DNA of 64,000 bases from a virus. Where the stretch lies: the IMG/VR virus record IMGVR_UViG_3300003177_000010, positions 32,001 to 96,000 of that record, one strand, 5' to 3'. Position 1 is the first letter of the stretch. Every line of letters starts with the position of its first letter. Under the pieces are notes generated by a model. The model was not told where the DNA came from. It saw nothing but the letters and a program-made list of their open reading frames with translations, and did no database searches. Of the stretch, positions 49,804-61,083 are shown one piece after another. The position numbers were made by a program, and so were the translations under genes.

Positions 49804-50235
49804 ATGACTAAACTGTTTTATAAGAAATTAAGTGATAAAGCTATTACCCCTACAAGGGGTAATAGCACTGATGCAGGATTAGATGTATACGCTACTAGTA
49901 GTGCATTGATAGAGCCTAATAGCAGAGCAATGATATCGACAGACATATGTTTTGGAATACCAGAAGGGTATTATTTACGTGTAGCCCCTAGATCTGGATT
50001 AGCGTATAAAAAAGGTTTAGACATTCTAGCTGGAGTAATAGATTCTAGTTACATAGGTCATTGTAAGATTATAATACAAAACACAGATAAAAATAATAGC
50101 GTAGAAGTTAACATTGGAGATAAAATTGCCCAACTAATCCTTGAAAGAATTGATATACCAGAACTCGTAGAAGTAGAATCTTTGGGAAATACTGAACGAG
50201 GGTCTGCAGGTTTTGGGTCCACTGGGTATAAATAA
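49804..50235 (+). CDS. dut: dUTPase
   Basis: AGLD, PRSGLA, GVIDSSY.G, RGSAGFGSTG. Confidence 0.96.
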   Translation: MTKLFYKKLSDKAITPTRGNSTDAGLDVYATSSALIEPNSRAMISTDICFGIPEGYYLRVAPRSGLAYKKGLDILAGVIDSSYIGHCKIIIQNTDKNNSVEVNIGDKIAQLILERIDIPELVEVESLGNTERGSAGFGSTGYK

Positions 50236-50316
50236 AAAAATATTATTGACAAATTAGCCATTATTTACTAATATAAGTTATAGACTACTTCAGTTTATAT
50301 TTTATGAAAGATTATA

Positions 50317-51039
50317 ATGGCTAAACACAGAGTTAATAAGAATAAAAAGAATACCAATGAAGAATACCCGTGTAAAACTATAAGAATAGACGATTTACCT
50401 GTATTAGAAGCACTTACAGCTAATCAACAAAAAGCCTTTGACGATTTTAGGGTAGATAAGAACATGGTTCTTCATGGCCTAGCAGGTACGGGCAAATCCT
50501 TTATTGGTATATACTTAGCATTAGAGCAAGTACTAGACCCTAGTAATAAATACAAAAAACTAATAATAGTTAGGTCTACAGTCCCAACAAGAGATATGGG
50601 CTTCTTAAAAGGTAATGAAAAAGAAAAAATTGAAGTGTACGAGGCTCCTTATCGCAGTATATGTGAGGAGCTTTTTTCATATAAAGATGCATATAAAGCC
50701 TTAAAGCAACAAAATAATATTGATTTTATTAGTACCTCTTATATTAGGGGAGTAACTTGGAATAACGCTATTATTATAGTAGATGAGTTACAAAATATGA
50801 CTTTCCACGAACTAGATAGCATAATTACTAGACTAGGTAGTAACTCTAAAATAGTGCTATGTGGTGATTACACTCAAACAGATTTATGTAAACATAGTGA
50901 TAAACAAGGATTACATAAATTTCTAGGCATAGTTAAGTCTATGGATTTTTTTACTTATATCGAGTTTAAAATAAAAGATATAGTAAGAAGTAACTTTGTT
51001 AAATCATATATTATAGCAAAGTATGAGATGGAGAAATAA
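50317..51039 (+). CDS. phoH: PhoH-family ATPase
   Basis: GLAGTGKS, MGFLKG, IRGVT, DELQN, GD..Q.D. Confidence 0.93.
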   Translation: MAKHRVNKNKKNTNEEYPCKTIRIDDLPVLEALTANQQKAFDDFRVDKNMVLHGLAGTGKSFIGIYLALEQVLDPSNKYKKLIIVRSTVPTRDMGFLKGNEKEKIEVYEAPYRSICEELFSYKDAYKALKQQNNIDFISTSYIRGVTWNNAIIIVDELQNMTFHELDSIITRLGSNSKIVLCGDYTQTDLCKHSDKQGLHKFLGIVKSMDFFTYIEFKIKDIVRSNFVKSYIIAKYEMEK

Positions 51040-52343
51040 TGGCTTATAATAAGAGTAAAGCTAAAGGATCTGCATTTGAAGCGAAAATAGCTAAGCGACT
51101 AACTAGCGAATTTGGAAAAGAATTTAAAAGGGTACCTCTTAGCGGAGCTATAGAGTACCTTAAAAGTGATATATGGGTACCTTCTGATACTGCTTGGTTC
51201 CCTTATACTATAGAGTGTAAGCATTATAAAGAAGTTAACTGGAATGGTTTATTAACGGCTAAATCATCTGTAATATACAAATTCTGGGATCAGGCTACTA
51301 ATGACTCTATAACAATGGATAAAAAGCCTTTATTAATTTTTAGGTGGGATAGGTCTAAAGACTACGTAGCCTTCTCTGATGATATTAGCCCAGAAGCATA
51401 TATACACGTAAATTCTTTTGGCTACAAGTTTAAAATTGCTTTATTATCTGACTGGTTAATAGCAATAAAATCGCAAACTAATATAAAAGGAAAATACATG
51501 AGTAAATCATGGAATGATTTAGCAGCACTAGAAGTGACAAATGAACCTACAGGAAATAATTTGTTACTAATAGATGGAAACAACTTAGCTTATAGGTTTT
51601 TGCGCCATAGAAACAGCGGTAATTACTCAAGTGACTATGTAAAGCTGGTGCAGTCATTAGCTAAGTCGTATAACGCTAGTAAAGTAATAGTATGTTTCGA
51701 CTTCGGCAAAAGCTATTATAGGCTAAATCTATTAGAAGACTATAAAGGTACCCGGGAAAAACCTAGCGACCCTGATGAAATAAAAAAATTAGATGAATTT
51801 TTTGCTGTTATGAACTTGCTACCAGAGGTACTACCCTATACTGTATTAAAATTTAGAGGAATTGAAGCTGATGACCTTATAGCGTACTTATCCATTAATT
51901 TGTCCGACGACTATGATCATACATGGATAGTCTCTTCAGATAAAGACCTAATACAGTTAATAACAGATGGTGTATCAATTTTTAACTTATTTAGTAGGAA
52001 AGAAAGAACTATAGATTCTATATATGAAGACTTTGAGCTTACCCCTATAGAGTTTATGCACTCTAGGATAATTGAGGGAGATAAATCTGATAATATTATG
52101 GGTATTGAGGGTATAGGGCCTAAAAGAGCACAAACCTTAATAAAAACATATGGAACTGTATATAATGTTATAGACTCTTTACCTATATCAGGAACATCTA
52201 AGTATATAAAAAACTTAAATGAAGGTAAGGATAAGCTAATCAATAATGAATTACTAATTAATTTGGCTGATTATCATGAAGACGCAATACTAGCAGGTAA
52301 AGATGGTGAGCAGGTATTAGACTATTTAGTAGATTTAGAATAA
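51039..52343 (+). CDS. In-frame fusion of a D14-like (resolvase-type) nuclease and a D15 flap endonuclease
   Basis: SKAKG..FE, IECKHY; internal MSKSW at 51498 with AAGGA SD; IDGNN, EADD, SSDKD, GDKSDNI.GI.GIG. Confidence 0.88.
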   Translation: MAYNKSKAKGSAFEAKIAKRLTSEFGKEFKRVPLSGAIEYLKSDIWVPSDTAWFPYTIECKHYKEVNWNGLLTAKSSVIYKFWDQATNDSITMDKKPLLIFRWDRSKDYVAFSDDISPEAYIHVNSFGYKFKIALLSDWLIAIKSQTNIKGKYMSKSWNDLAALEVTNEPTGNNLLLIDGNNLAYRFLRHRNSGNYSSDYVKLVQSLAKSYNASKVIVCFDFGKSYYRLNLLEDYKGTREKPSDPDEIKKLDEFFAVMNLLPEVLPYTVLKFRGIEADDLIAYLSINLSDDYDHTWIVSSDKDLIQLITDGVSIFNLFSRKERTIDSIYEDFELTPIEFMHSRIIEGDKSDNIMGIEGIGPKRAQTLIKTYGTVYNVIDSLPISGTSKYIKNLNEGKDKLINNELLINLADYHEDAILAGKDGEQVLDYLVDLE

Positions 52344-52478
52344 TTTTAGTATAAGGTACATAATAGCTTTGATAAAATTATTTTTATAAATTACATGTAT
52401 AGAGAAAATTTTAACAGTAGTTATTTAGTTAATTTATACAATAATTAGAATAAATTTTTTATAATATTTGGAAATTTA

Positions 52479-52961
52479 ATGACGATAAGAGTGATTGTAG
52501 CGTGCGATAGCACTTATGGTATTGGATACAAGGGTACTATCCCTTGGGGAGCTAATAAAGAAGACTTACGATGGTTTAAAAAGAATACATTAGGAAGTGT
52601 CGTAATAATGGGTAAAAATACCTGGGAAGACCCTAAGATGCCTAAACCCCTAATAGGCAGAACAAATGTAGTAGTATCTAAAAGTAGCATAACAGAAGGA
52701 TTCGACACTAAGTTAACTAACTATAACTTAGAACCATATGTACGTATAATGAAGAGCCGAGGTATAAATATATATTTAATAGGAGGAGCTACGTTAATTA
52801 GGAATAACTTACATATAGTTGATGAAGTACTTATTAATATATTACCTTCTGTATATAACTGCGATACTTTTTTACCTATGGAAGAAATAAATATGGACTT
52901 TTATTTACAACAAGAATTTACTAATACTAAAATACATACACTAAGATATATAAGAAAATGA
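52479..52961 (+). CDS. folA: Dihydrofolate reductase
   Basis: GIG..G.IPW, MGKNTW, PL.GR.N, IGG. Confidence 0.93.
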   Translation: MTIRVIVACDSTYGIGYKGTIPWGANKEDLRWFKKNTLGSVVIMGKNTWEDPKMPKPLIGRTNVVVSKSSITEGFDTKLTNYNLEPYVRIMKSRGINIYLIGGATLIRNNLHIVDEVLINILPSVYNCDTFLPMEEINMDFYLQQEFTNTKIHTLRYIRK

Positions 52962-53812
52962 TTCAATATATAGATGCACTAAAAAATGTATTGCATAATG
53001 GTGAAGAGGTACTTGATAGAACGGGGGTAGGTACTAAAAGTATATTCGGCTATCAAATGAGATTTAATTTACAAAAAGGATTCCCTGCAGTAACTACTAA
53101 GAGGCTAGCATGGAAATCCGTAGTAAGTGAATTATTATGGTTTTTAACTGGAAGTACTGATGAAAGAGAATTAGCTAGGATCTTATATGGGCAGAAAGAG
53201 TATAGTGATAAAAAAACTATATGGACCGCTAATGCTAATAAGCAGGGTAAAGATTTAGGGTATATAAACGACTCTTATAATAAATTTTTAGGCCCAATAT
53301 ATGGTAAGCAATGGCGAGACTTTGGAGGTGTCGACCAGGTTCAGCAGTTAATACGTAATATAAAAACTAATCCTTATAGCAGAAGACATATTATATCTGC
53401 ATGGAATACTCCAGAGATAGCTAGTATGGCCCTACCTCCTTGCCATATACTAGTGCAGTTCGTAGTAAGAGACGGTAAGTTAAGCTGCCATTTTTACCAA
53501 AGAAGCGCAGATATGTTCTTAGGAGTGCCTTTCAATATAGCTAGCTATGCACTATTAACACATATTATAGCAAAATTAACTAAATTAGAGGTAGGTACTT
53601 TAGTACAGTCCATAGGAGATGCTCATATATATAATAACCATCTAGAGCAAGTGTCTACACAGATTAATAGAAAACCCAAAGAGTTACCAAAGCTACTTAT
53701 AGAAGATAACATAAATGATTTAGTTACTATAACTGATAACCCTTGTATAAGTAGCTATAAGTTAATTAACTATAAGCCTATGGGAAATATTAAAGCCGTT
53801 ATGGCAGTATAA
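52958..53812 (+). CDS. thyA: Thymidylate synthase
   Basis: DRTGVGT, SELLWF, MALPPCH, QRSADMFLGVPFN, HIY.NH. Confidence 0.97.
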   Translation: MIQYIDALKNVLHNGEEVLDRTGVGTKSIFGYQMRFNLQKGFPAVTTKRLAWKSVVSELLWFLTGSTDERELARILYGQKEYSDKKTIWTANANKQGKDLGYINDSYNKFLGPIYGKQWRDFGGVDQVQQLIRNIKTNPYSRRHIISAWNTPEIASMALPPCHILVQFVVRDGKLSCHFYQRSADMFLGVPFNIASYALLTHIIAKLTKLEVGTLVQSIGDAHIYNNHLEQVSTQINRKPKELPKLLIEDNINDLVTITDNPCISSYKLINYKPMGNIKAVMAV

Positions 53813-53843
53813 AAAAAGCGGACCGAAAGGCCCGCTTTTTTTT
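53811..53843. terminator. Bidirectional terminator between convergent replication and tail units
   Basis: A7-gcggacc-gaaa-ggcccgc-T8. Confidence 0.9.
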
Positions 53844-53854
53844 ATTTAATAGGG

Positions 53855-54502
53855 TTAAGCTAATAATGCTTTAACTACTTTTAATGTACCTCCAGCATTA
53901 GCACCTCCGGAAGTGGAAGCAGTTACCGTTACTGTAGGAGACCCTACACCTCCAGTGCCTTTCTGGAAGTATGAATTAGCACTAGTATTCAAGGCAGACC
54001 AGCTTACTTCTACATTAGCGTTAGCTACTACACATCTATCAGTATCTCTAGAATCTACTCTATCAAAAATAACTTGTTTATTAGTAGTAGCCATTGTAAG
54101 TTCACTATTGTGAGAAACTGAGAATACTGCATTAGAGAAGGTACATTCCTTAAATAGTAGAGGAGCACTAGCCGCCCCTATTTTTGTAACACAGGCTGTT
54201 CCTGAATTTATAGCAGCATTGGACCCTACAAAACTAATATTAGTAAAGGTAGTAGTATTAGCAGTAGTATTAGCTATAGTCATATCCCCTGCTACTATAG
54301 TCTCTGCACGCTCACCTATACCTATAAAAGCTATATCATCATACACTGCATTAGTTGGAGCTGTATAGACTCCTGGGTACATAAGCACAGTAACATGTTG
54401 CTTAGCTAATATATCACTAGGAATAGCTGTCAATGACTTATAATTAGCTCCATCAGTTAATGTTGGGCTAACCTTAATTGTATATTTACTCATGGTATAC
54501 AT
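53855..54502 (-). CDS. Probable virion protein, beta-helix-like
   Basis: YPGVY pattern, Thr/Ala/Asn-rich, AGGAG SD. Confidence 0.6.
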   Translation of the reverse strand: MYTMSKYTIKVSPTLTDGANYKSLTAIPSDILAKQHVTVLMYPGVYTAPTNAVYDDIAFIGIGERAETIVAGDMTIANTTANTTTFTNISFVGSNAAINSGTACVTKIGAASAPLLFKECTFSNAVFSVSHNSELTMATTNKQVIFDRVDSRDTDRCVVANANVEVSWSALNTSANSYFQKGTGGVGSPTVTVTASTSGGANAGGTLKVVKALLA

Positions 54503-54563
54503 TCTCCTTATTTTTTACGACGTATACTATATATTATACTTTTTTGTGGTATACGTCAAAATT

Positions 54564-55430
54564 TTAATTTTTTAATTTTTGTATTTCTACCTGTAACTCT
54601 TTTATAGCTTCTATTAGTACTCCTACTATATTACCGTAAGCTACTGACTTATACTCTGCTTCTGATACTACTTCAGGTAATATATTTTCTATTTCTTGTG
54701 CAATAACTCCTGTGGACTCTAAGCCATTTTTAATAAAATATACTCCACGCATAGAAGACACTTTTGATAAGGCATTATCAATAGTATGTATATTACTTTT
54801 TAGCCTTATATCGGAAGCACTACTTATATCCCCTGATGCAACTATACTACCTACTATATCTAAGGCTTCAGAAGGGTTATTCTTACCTATGGACACATTA
54901 GATGTAGCTACTAAAATACTAGCAGTAAGACTTTGGCCTGTAGAGATTAAATTACTGTCTGTACTTAGTTCCATACCTGGCGGTATACCTACATCAATAA
55001 AATCAGCCATAGTACGTGTATTGCCAGTAGCTAAATATAATCTAGCATTACTAGATAATAAAGCATTAGAAGACACGGTAGCTACTAGTTCTCCTATCTC
55101 ATATGTAGAAGCATTAATAGCTAATGACGATATACCTTCTTCTAACCTATGACCTATACCTGCACGAGTAAAATTACCCCCAATAGGTGAGGACTTTACC
55201 TGCTCACTATCTTCTACATACAAAGCTTTATTAGATGCATTCCAATGTAGCGTACCGTCTTGAGGGCCTATAGCCACTCCTTCTGCTATTATATTAACAC
55301 TAGTTGGAGCTACTGTAGACCTAAAATTAGTTAATAGAGACCTAAGAGAATCATTATTATACAGTCTAGATATGTTAAAAGATGTGCCAGCTGTGGCCTC
55401 TATATATGTGTTTGAAGGTACTATTGCCAT
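54564..55430 (-). CDS. Tail fibre protein with C-terminal peptidase S74 chaperone
   Basis: SDIRLKSNI, GVIAQE, LIEAIKEL. Confidence 0.88.
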   Translation of the reverse strand: MAIVPSNTYIEATAGTSFNISRLYNNDSLRSLLTNFRSTVAPTSVNIIAEGVAIGPQDGTLHWNASNKALYVEDSEQVKSSPIGGNFTRAGIGHRLEEGISSLAINASTYEIGELVATVSSNALLSSNARLYLATGNTRTMADFIDVGIPPGMELSTDSNLISTGQSLTASILVATSNVSIGKNNPSEALDIVGSIVASGDISSASDIRLKSNIHTIDNALSKVSSMRGVYFIKNGLESTGVIAQEIENILPEVVSEAEYKSVAYGNIVGVLIEAIKELQVEIQKLKN

Positions 55431-55431
55431 A

Positions 55432-58400
55432 TTATACTCCTATAGCTGTTATCATTACGTTTGCAGAACTATTAGCTAAGTATTGCCCAGAGCCATTACT
55501 AGCAAATATATTAAAAGATAATTGGTTATTTGAAGCTGCTGTAGTAACTACTATAGCAGTATTATTTTGTGCATCAACTTGATCTATTATAGTATATGTT
55601 ATTGTAGGTCTATATATAAAATCAGCTGTGCTATAATCTACGTTAGTTGGGCTACTTGTATAAGGAACTGTAGTTGTAAAAATTGTTTGTTCTTTATCTA
55701 CTGTATATCTTAAGGTATCTATAGTATAATCATAGCTACCGGGGTTATTATTAGTAATTTCCTGTTTAAGCTGAAAGTATCTAAACCTGCGAGTACTGGT
55801 AGTAAAAGGTGCCCAACCATTACTAGATGCACTACCTATAAAGGCTAATACATTAACATTACCGTTTGCAAAATATACATTGTTTGTAGCTACTCTTATG
55901 AAGATTTGAGAAGTTACTGCTCCTAGATCACCAACGTAGGTAGCATCTACACCTGTGTCATTATATTGTCTAAAGTTTACCAAAGAGTAAGTACTAGGGG
56001 CAGAAGTAATATTACTAAAGTAATTAGCGCTAGTAGGGGACCCGTTAGCATAAAAAGTAGCTCCTAGCTCTATAGCATTAGCATTTATAACACCTGCTAC
56101 TAGAGCGTAAGAATTAGCATTAGCATAGTCTCCTATATATTGACCATAGTTCCATATGCCCCATACATTACCAGCTACTCCTCCATCCATTATAGTTTGG
56201 TTATTAGCATCAAATCTACTATCTACTACTGCGGAGTTGTTAAATCCTAATACATGGCCGATACCGCCGAAGCTTGTATCTATTAAAACATTTGAAGAAG
56301 TTGATATATCTGATACCGAGGAAAAAATATCTATATGTTGGTCATTCCACTTATTATTTATAACTTGGTAAGCATTATTAGTCAATACTATAGAGGCAGT
56401 AACTTCAGTAAGCATGTCTCTAATAGGAGTTATATAAGTACTAGAAGACTCCGCTAATATATCCGTAGCACTACCTATTATTACGCTAAAGCCAGTAGAA
56501 GACCCATTAGCATTATCAATTGGAGAAGAGTAACTATAAGATAGGCCACCGGTATTAGAATTAGCAAAGGAAGGAAAATAATACTCATTAGTATTATTAT
56601 TATTTATAGATGCAAAACTTACGTAGGGATTATCTTCATTATAAGCTGCAATAGTATTTGTTTTCTTAGGCTTAACAGTAGTTAACGTTATTCCTTCTAC
56701 AGTATCACTATAATTGCCACTAGTATCTTTAGTTCTAACTAGGTAAGTAAATGTACCGTACATGTCAATAGGTATAGATTTTCTAGCTGTACCAGCCGAT
56801 ACGGTAACCAAATCATTAGCTACTATATAGTTAGATAAAGTCGCAGCTTTAGTTCCTGGTATTTTACGAATTATAACTTCTTTTAAGTCTATATCAAATA
56901 AGTCACCGTTTTTACGTACGTATTGCCAGAATAAAGTAATCTGGGTATCTTGTTGTCCTCCAGACAGCCCAATAATATTTAAAGGAGCAGCAGTCTTACC
57001 GATAATAGTAGCTGATTTAGTTGTAGTTACCCCTCTAATACTATTATTAATAGGAGTAATTCTAAATGTTATACTATTAGATCCACTAATAGCCCCTCTA
57101 TTCACTCCTGATACTGTAAAACTAATTCTACCTTCAGAAGTAACACCGCTAGCGGATACCTTAACAGTATTATAGTTAGTTAAACTAACACCAGCATCAT
57201 TTCCATTTATATTTTCTACAGTACTTAACCTATAAGAAATTTCATAATCAGTAACTTCTTGATTTATTATATGGTCAAAAGAGCAGGTGACCCTAACACT
57301 TACCCCGCCTGTTTGTTCTCTATATAATGATTCGTCTATGCTTATATTGGTAACTTTTTGTATCGGTAAAGGTAATACTAGTACATCTTTATGCACGTAG
57401 GAGCTAGTCCTACCTAGAGCACTTTTATTTCTAGCCATTAAAGATGTTACTCCTAGAGGTAGGTCTTTTATTACTAAATCCTTTGATAAGAACACCTTAT
57501 CATAGTTAGAATCTACTTCTAAAGTATATATACTACTATTAGCTAAATGTAAATATGTAGGATACTCTAAATTACTATAATCAAAACTACAAGTATTATT
57601 GTACACGTTATTTATGTAACCTGTAGGATTACTACTAATATTTATAAAGCTAGCTCCTGCTAACTCAATATTAGGAGTTTCTGCCAGTTGTACTTTATAT
57701 ATATTATTAGCAGTAAGAGATGCATTATATATATTACTTTCTTTTATGTAAGATGCTTCTAACACAGAGAACACATTAGAACTAGATACTTGTAGAGAGT
57801 CTCCTAGTTCTATAGAGGGAACAGTATAAAAATCTACTTCATACCTAAATGTAGTATCTGATGTTGCTTTTGTATAAGTGATAAAAGCATTATCAGCATT
57901 GTTATAGTTTAAAGTTACAGAATACTGGCCACTATTTTTAAGAATACCGTCTATATATAGCTGTACATCTTCTATATTTCTAGGCTTAACATTAAGAGGT
58001 ATATACTCTGTAGTACTATTTGTTAAATTGCCAGTAACTACTATATGTTTAGAAGTACCAGTTACATAAAAGGTGTTAGCAGCGTAATTGTTATTAGCTA
58101 ATAATTGAGAAATAGATATATTAAATGGAGTACTAGGTAATAAGTTAGATAAACTAATAGAATTTGTAATAGTATTAGGGATAGTAATACTATTGCTAGT
58201 GTTACTGTTTATTGGTCTAGATACATAAGAAGTATCGGAACTATAACCAATAAAATTTAGTTGATTTATTGTACTACTTTTATCTACTATAGGTATAACA
58301 ATATTGTTTGCACCTTTCAAACTTCCGAACACATTAGCGGAGTTAGTATCTAGTACGTGAGCACTAAAATTATCGTCGTAGCAATCAGATAGCCCATCTA

Positions 58401-61083
58401 TTGACAGTGTTATATAAGAAGCATTACTAGTTACAGCACTACACTGAAGCTTAAGTTCACCTATAGGGGAGGTAAATCCACTCTTACCTACTATAGCAGC
58501 CGGAGCACCATTAGATAATATAGCAGTATTTGAGGTAACTACTGTAAATGCATTTGTTGTATAAGCGTTAGATATTAAAGTAGAGGATAGAGGGTTAGCT
58601 AAATAATACTCTGTCTCAAAGTTTTGCCCAATACCTAATGTATCTGTATAATTGTTTATTATACCGTCTACTGCTACTGTACCATCTAATCTCCTAGTGT
58701 ATTTTGCGTAAAAGTCAATTAAAGGAGCAGGAGGCGGTAACAAAGGACTAGGTATATCAGTATATGCAGTAGGCTCATAATTTATAAAAGTATCTGAATC
58801 CACGTATATATTAGAGATATATTCAATACCTGTAACTTTAACAGATTCCTCTTTAGAATTTCTAGTTATACTAGTTACTTTAAATAGTTTACCCGATTTA
58901 CTAGTATAGTAATTATTTATGTTAGTAAATTCCCCAATACTCCATAAGTCGCCTGTACTAGGAGTACTATTAGCAGAAAAAGAACTAATAGGGACTATAC
59001 TTTTACTTATAGGGTCAAACTTACTTATAGCATGTACTTGTATTGTATCGGCACCAGTAGTAGTAGTACCATTATTATATATATTATAACTACTATTACT
59101 AAGTATGTACAAATCTTGTTTATCACTACTATGACTTATTATACGCATAGCTAAAGGATAAGTATTACTAGTAAATAAAGACGAGGTTATTGCAGGCACA
59201 GTAAAGTGTTCTAAGGTAACATTAGCGTCGGAAGAGGAGCTATTAATAATTTTACCCCCATATCCATAAGCTACTCCAGTACCATTTACTGCTATAGCTA
59301 TAACATCTCCAGGAGCTAAAGATAATGCCTCAGTGCCCGTCTCAAAAGATATATGTCTTCTTAAGTACTTAGAAGATGCAATATGATACTGAGCAGCGCG
59401 TATAGCTTGCCCACGTCTAGTAACTCCTTGTAAATCTAAGGATAGTATGTTATCAATAGTGTTTCTAGTAAGTCCATCATTAAATTCTTGAGAATCTACT
59501 CTAACTACTTCTCTTTTAAAATGATTAGTAGGCTCTATATAGCTAACATCTACTCCTGTAACTATTGATTCTTCTTTACTACCTGAGATAGTTATACTAC
59601 CCTTTTTTATGGACGCTTCATTAAACAACATCACTGGGTACATATCTGGCATATCTACTGCTAAGCTTATCTTACCTCCAGAGTATATTAATATACCTCT
59701 AAAAGTAGCTGTAATACTGTTAAGCACATCAATAGATAGCTGTTGGTCTACTAAACTTAAATCTAGTGTAAACCTGCGTTCAGGTACTATAGTTCCTGAC
59801 GGCAACCCTACTTGGTTTTCTTTTACTTTAGTGTAAGTTCCTTGAGGTTTATACCTATAAGACCCGTCTGCAATACCTTCTACCCCATAAAATACACCAG
59901 TGGTATCATCACAAGCGTCACAATACTGTGCTACTTGATAAAACTTATATTTATCTATATTTTTTTCTGGTATACCCAGTCCATAAGTATTATTAGTAAG
60001 TATATCGTAGACTATCCATACAGGGTTTTGTGTCCATGCATATACAAAAGTACCGTCCCAAGTACCTGTATAAATTTCAGGACTTGTAGAATAATTAACT
60101 GTAGATGTACCACTTTTTTGTAGTCTATAACCATTAGAACTTAAGTAACTAGTAGGTACTTCTAGTTGCCTCCAATCAATGTCACCACTAGGCAATATTG
60201 GTTGGTTATAATTAGAAGGTACTTTAACTAATAGCCCTTTAACCATAGAAGTAAAATTAGGTACTCCACCCGTATGCTCGTTAGTAGCTTTTATAGCATA
60301 ACCTATTAAAGCAGTTCTAGGGTACGCCTGTTTAGAGCTTTCAATTTCGTTCCACCCAGTTATCTTAATATCATCGCCTATTTTAGCATCAGAAGAATCA
60401 TCTGTGGTCTTACTTACGGAAAATTTATATCCATTAGCAGATTTATAAGTTTCAGGTATTATTACTCTTATGGTAAACTTAAAAGATATATCAGTTTTAC
60501 CTTTTATAACCTTAGAAGCAGTAGCTATTATATTGGAACTAGTATCATCGTACACATCAACTTTAACACCTACAGAGTAAGACAGAACCCCTCCAGAACT
60601 TGTACCTTTATATAGTTTACTAACTATAAAGTTAAAGTCTAGTATATCCCACGCACCATTACTAGTATCTTGTAGAGTAATGCTAGAAGCAGGTACCCCA
60701 GCTAAGTTACCCTTTTTTAGAGTAACTGCAGAGGAAAAGTTTTGAGGAGTTACAATAGAATCTCCAAATACAGATAGCGACCCCTGCACAGTAGTACCTG
60801 TTGCAGTTAATGTTTTAAATTTATCAGTATTTTCTGCCCCATTCCCCTCTAAGAATAATAAATCATCAATGGAACTATCTTGTACTTGTATATCCTGAGG
60901 CCCGTTAGGATTAACACGATAAACGGGACCCTCTCCTATAGCATTAACTATAAAAAGTATATCAGTAGAGAATAAAGAGTTAGCATCTATTTTAGGAGTA
61001 CCTTTACTACCCCCACCAGCACCTGCTATAACAGGTAGTGTTTTACCCTTATATGTTAAAAAATTACCCAAAGAAGTTACCAA
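55432..61083 (-). CDS. Tail tip / central fibre protein (gpJ-like)
   Basis: GEGP, YPRTA, W.GTF..AWTQNP.W, YCD; 1883 aa. Confidence 0.92.
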   Translation of the reverse strand: MVTSLGNFLTYKGKTLPVIAGAGGGSKGTPKIDANSLFSTDILFIVNAIGEGPVYRVNPNGPQDIQVQDSSIDDLLFLEGNGAENTDKFKTLTATGTTVQGSLSVFGDSIVTPQNFSSAVTLKKGNLAGVPASSITLQDTSNGAWDILDFNFIVSKLYKGTSSGGVLSYSVGVKVDVYDDTSSNIIATASKVIKGKTDISFKFTIRVIIPETYKSANGYKFSVSKTTDDSSDAKIGDDIKITGWNEIESSKQAYPRTALIGYAIKATNEHTGGVPNFTSMVKGLLVKVPSNYNQPILPSGDIDWRQLEVPTSYLSSNGYRLQKSGTSTVNYSTSPEIYTGTWDGTFVYAWTQNPVWIVYDILTNNTYGLGIPEKNIDKYKFYQVAQYCDACDDTTGVFYGVEGIADGSYRYKPQGTYTKVKENQVGLPSGTIVPERRFTLDLSLVDQQLSIDVLNSITATFRGILIYSGGKISLAVDMPDMYPVMLFNEASIKKGSITISGSKEESIVTGVDVSYIEPTNHFKREVVRVDSQEFNDGLTRNTIDNILSLDLQGVTRRGQAIRAAQYHIASSKYLRRHISFETGTEALSLAPGDVIAIAVNGTGVAYGYGGKIINSSSSDANVTLEHFTVPAITSSLFTSNTYPLAMRIISHSSDKQDLYILSNSSYNIYNNGTTTTGADTIQVHAISKFDPISKSIVPISSFSANSTPSTGDLWSIGEFTNINNYYTSKSGKLFKVTSITRNSKEESVKVTGIEYISNIYVDSDTFINYEPTAYTDIPSPLLPPPAPLIDFYAKYTRRLDGTVAVDGIINNYTDTLGIGQNFETEYYLANPLSSTLISNAYTTNAFTVVTSNTAILSNGAPAAIVGKSGFTSPIGELKLQCSAVTSNASYITLSIDGLSDCYDDNFSAHVLDTNSANVFGSLKGANNIVIPIVDKSSTINQLNFIGYSSDTSYVSRPINSNTSNSITIPNTITNSISLSNLLPSTPFNISISQLLANNNYAANTFYVTGTSKHIVVTGNLTNSTTEYIPLNVKPRNIEDVQLYIDGILKNSGQYSVTLNYNNADNAFITYTKATSDTTFRYEVDFYTVPSIELGDSLQVSSSNVFSVLEASYIKESNIYNASLTANNIYKVQLAETPNIELAGASFINISSNPTGYINNVYNNTCSFDYSNLEYPTYLHLANSSIYTLEVDSNYDKVFLSKDLVIKDLPLGVTSLMARNKSALGRTSSYVHKDVLVLPLPIQKVTNISIDESLYREQTGGVSVRVTCSFDHIINQEVTDYEISYRLSTVENINGNDAGVSLTNYNTVKVSASGVTSEGRISFTVSGVNRGAISGSNSITFRITPINNSIRGVTTTKSATIIGKTAAPLNIIGLSGGQQDTQITLFWQYVRKNGDLFDIDLKEVIIRKIPGTKAATLSNYIVANDLVTVSAGTARKSIPIDMYGTFTYLVRTKDTSGNYSDTVEGITLTTVKPKKTNTIAAYNEDNPYVSFASINNNNTNEYYFPSFANSNTGGLSYSYSSPIDNANGSSTGFSVIIGSATDILAESSSTYITPIRDMLTEVTASIVLTNNAYQVINNKWNDQHIDIFSSVSDISTSSNVLIDTSFGGIGHVLGFNNSAVVDSRFDANNQTIMDGGVAGNVWGIWNYGQYIGDYANANSYALVAGVINANAIELGATFYANGSPTSANYFSNITSAPSTYSLVNFRQYNDTGVDATYVGDLGAVTSQIFIRVATNNVYFANGNVNVLAFIGSASSNGWAPFTTSTRRFRYFQLKQEITNNNPGSYDYTIDTLRYTVDKEQTIFTTTVPYTSSPTNVDYSTADFIYRPTITYTIIDQVDAQNNTAIVVTTAASNNQLSFNIFASNGSGQYLANSSANVMITAIGV

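Noticed and set aside
52958-53812. ThyA as a dNMP hydroxymethylase for DNA hypermodification
   Set aside because: It has canonical ThyA motifs (PFN, dUMP-specific Asn) and is paired with DHFR.
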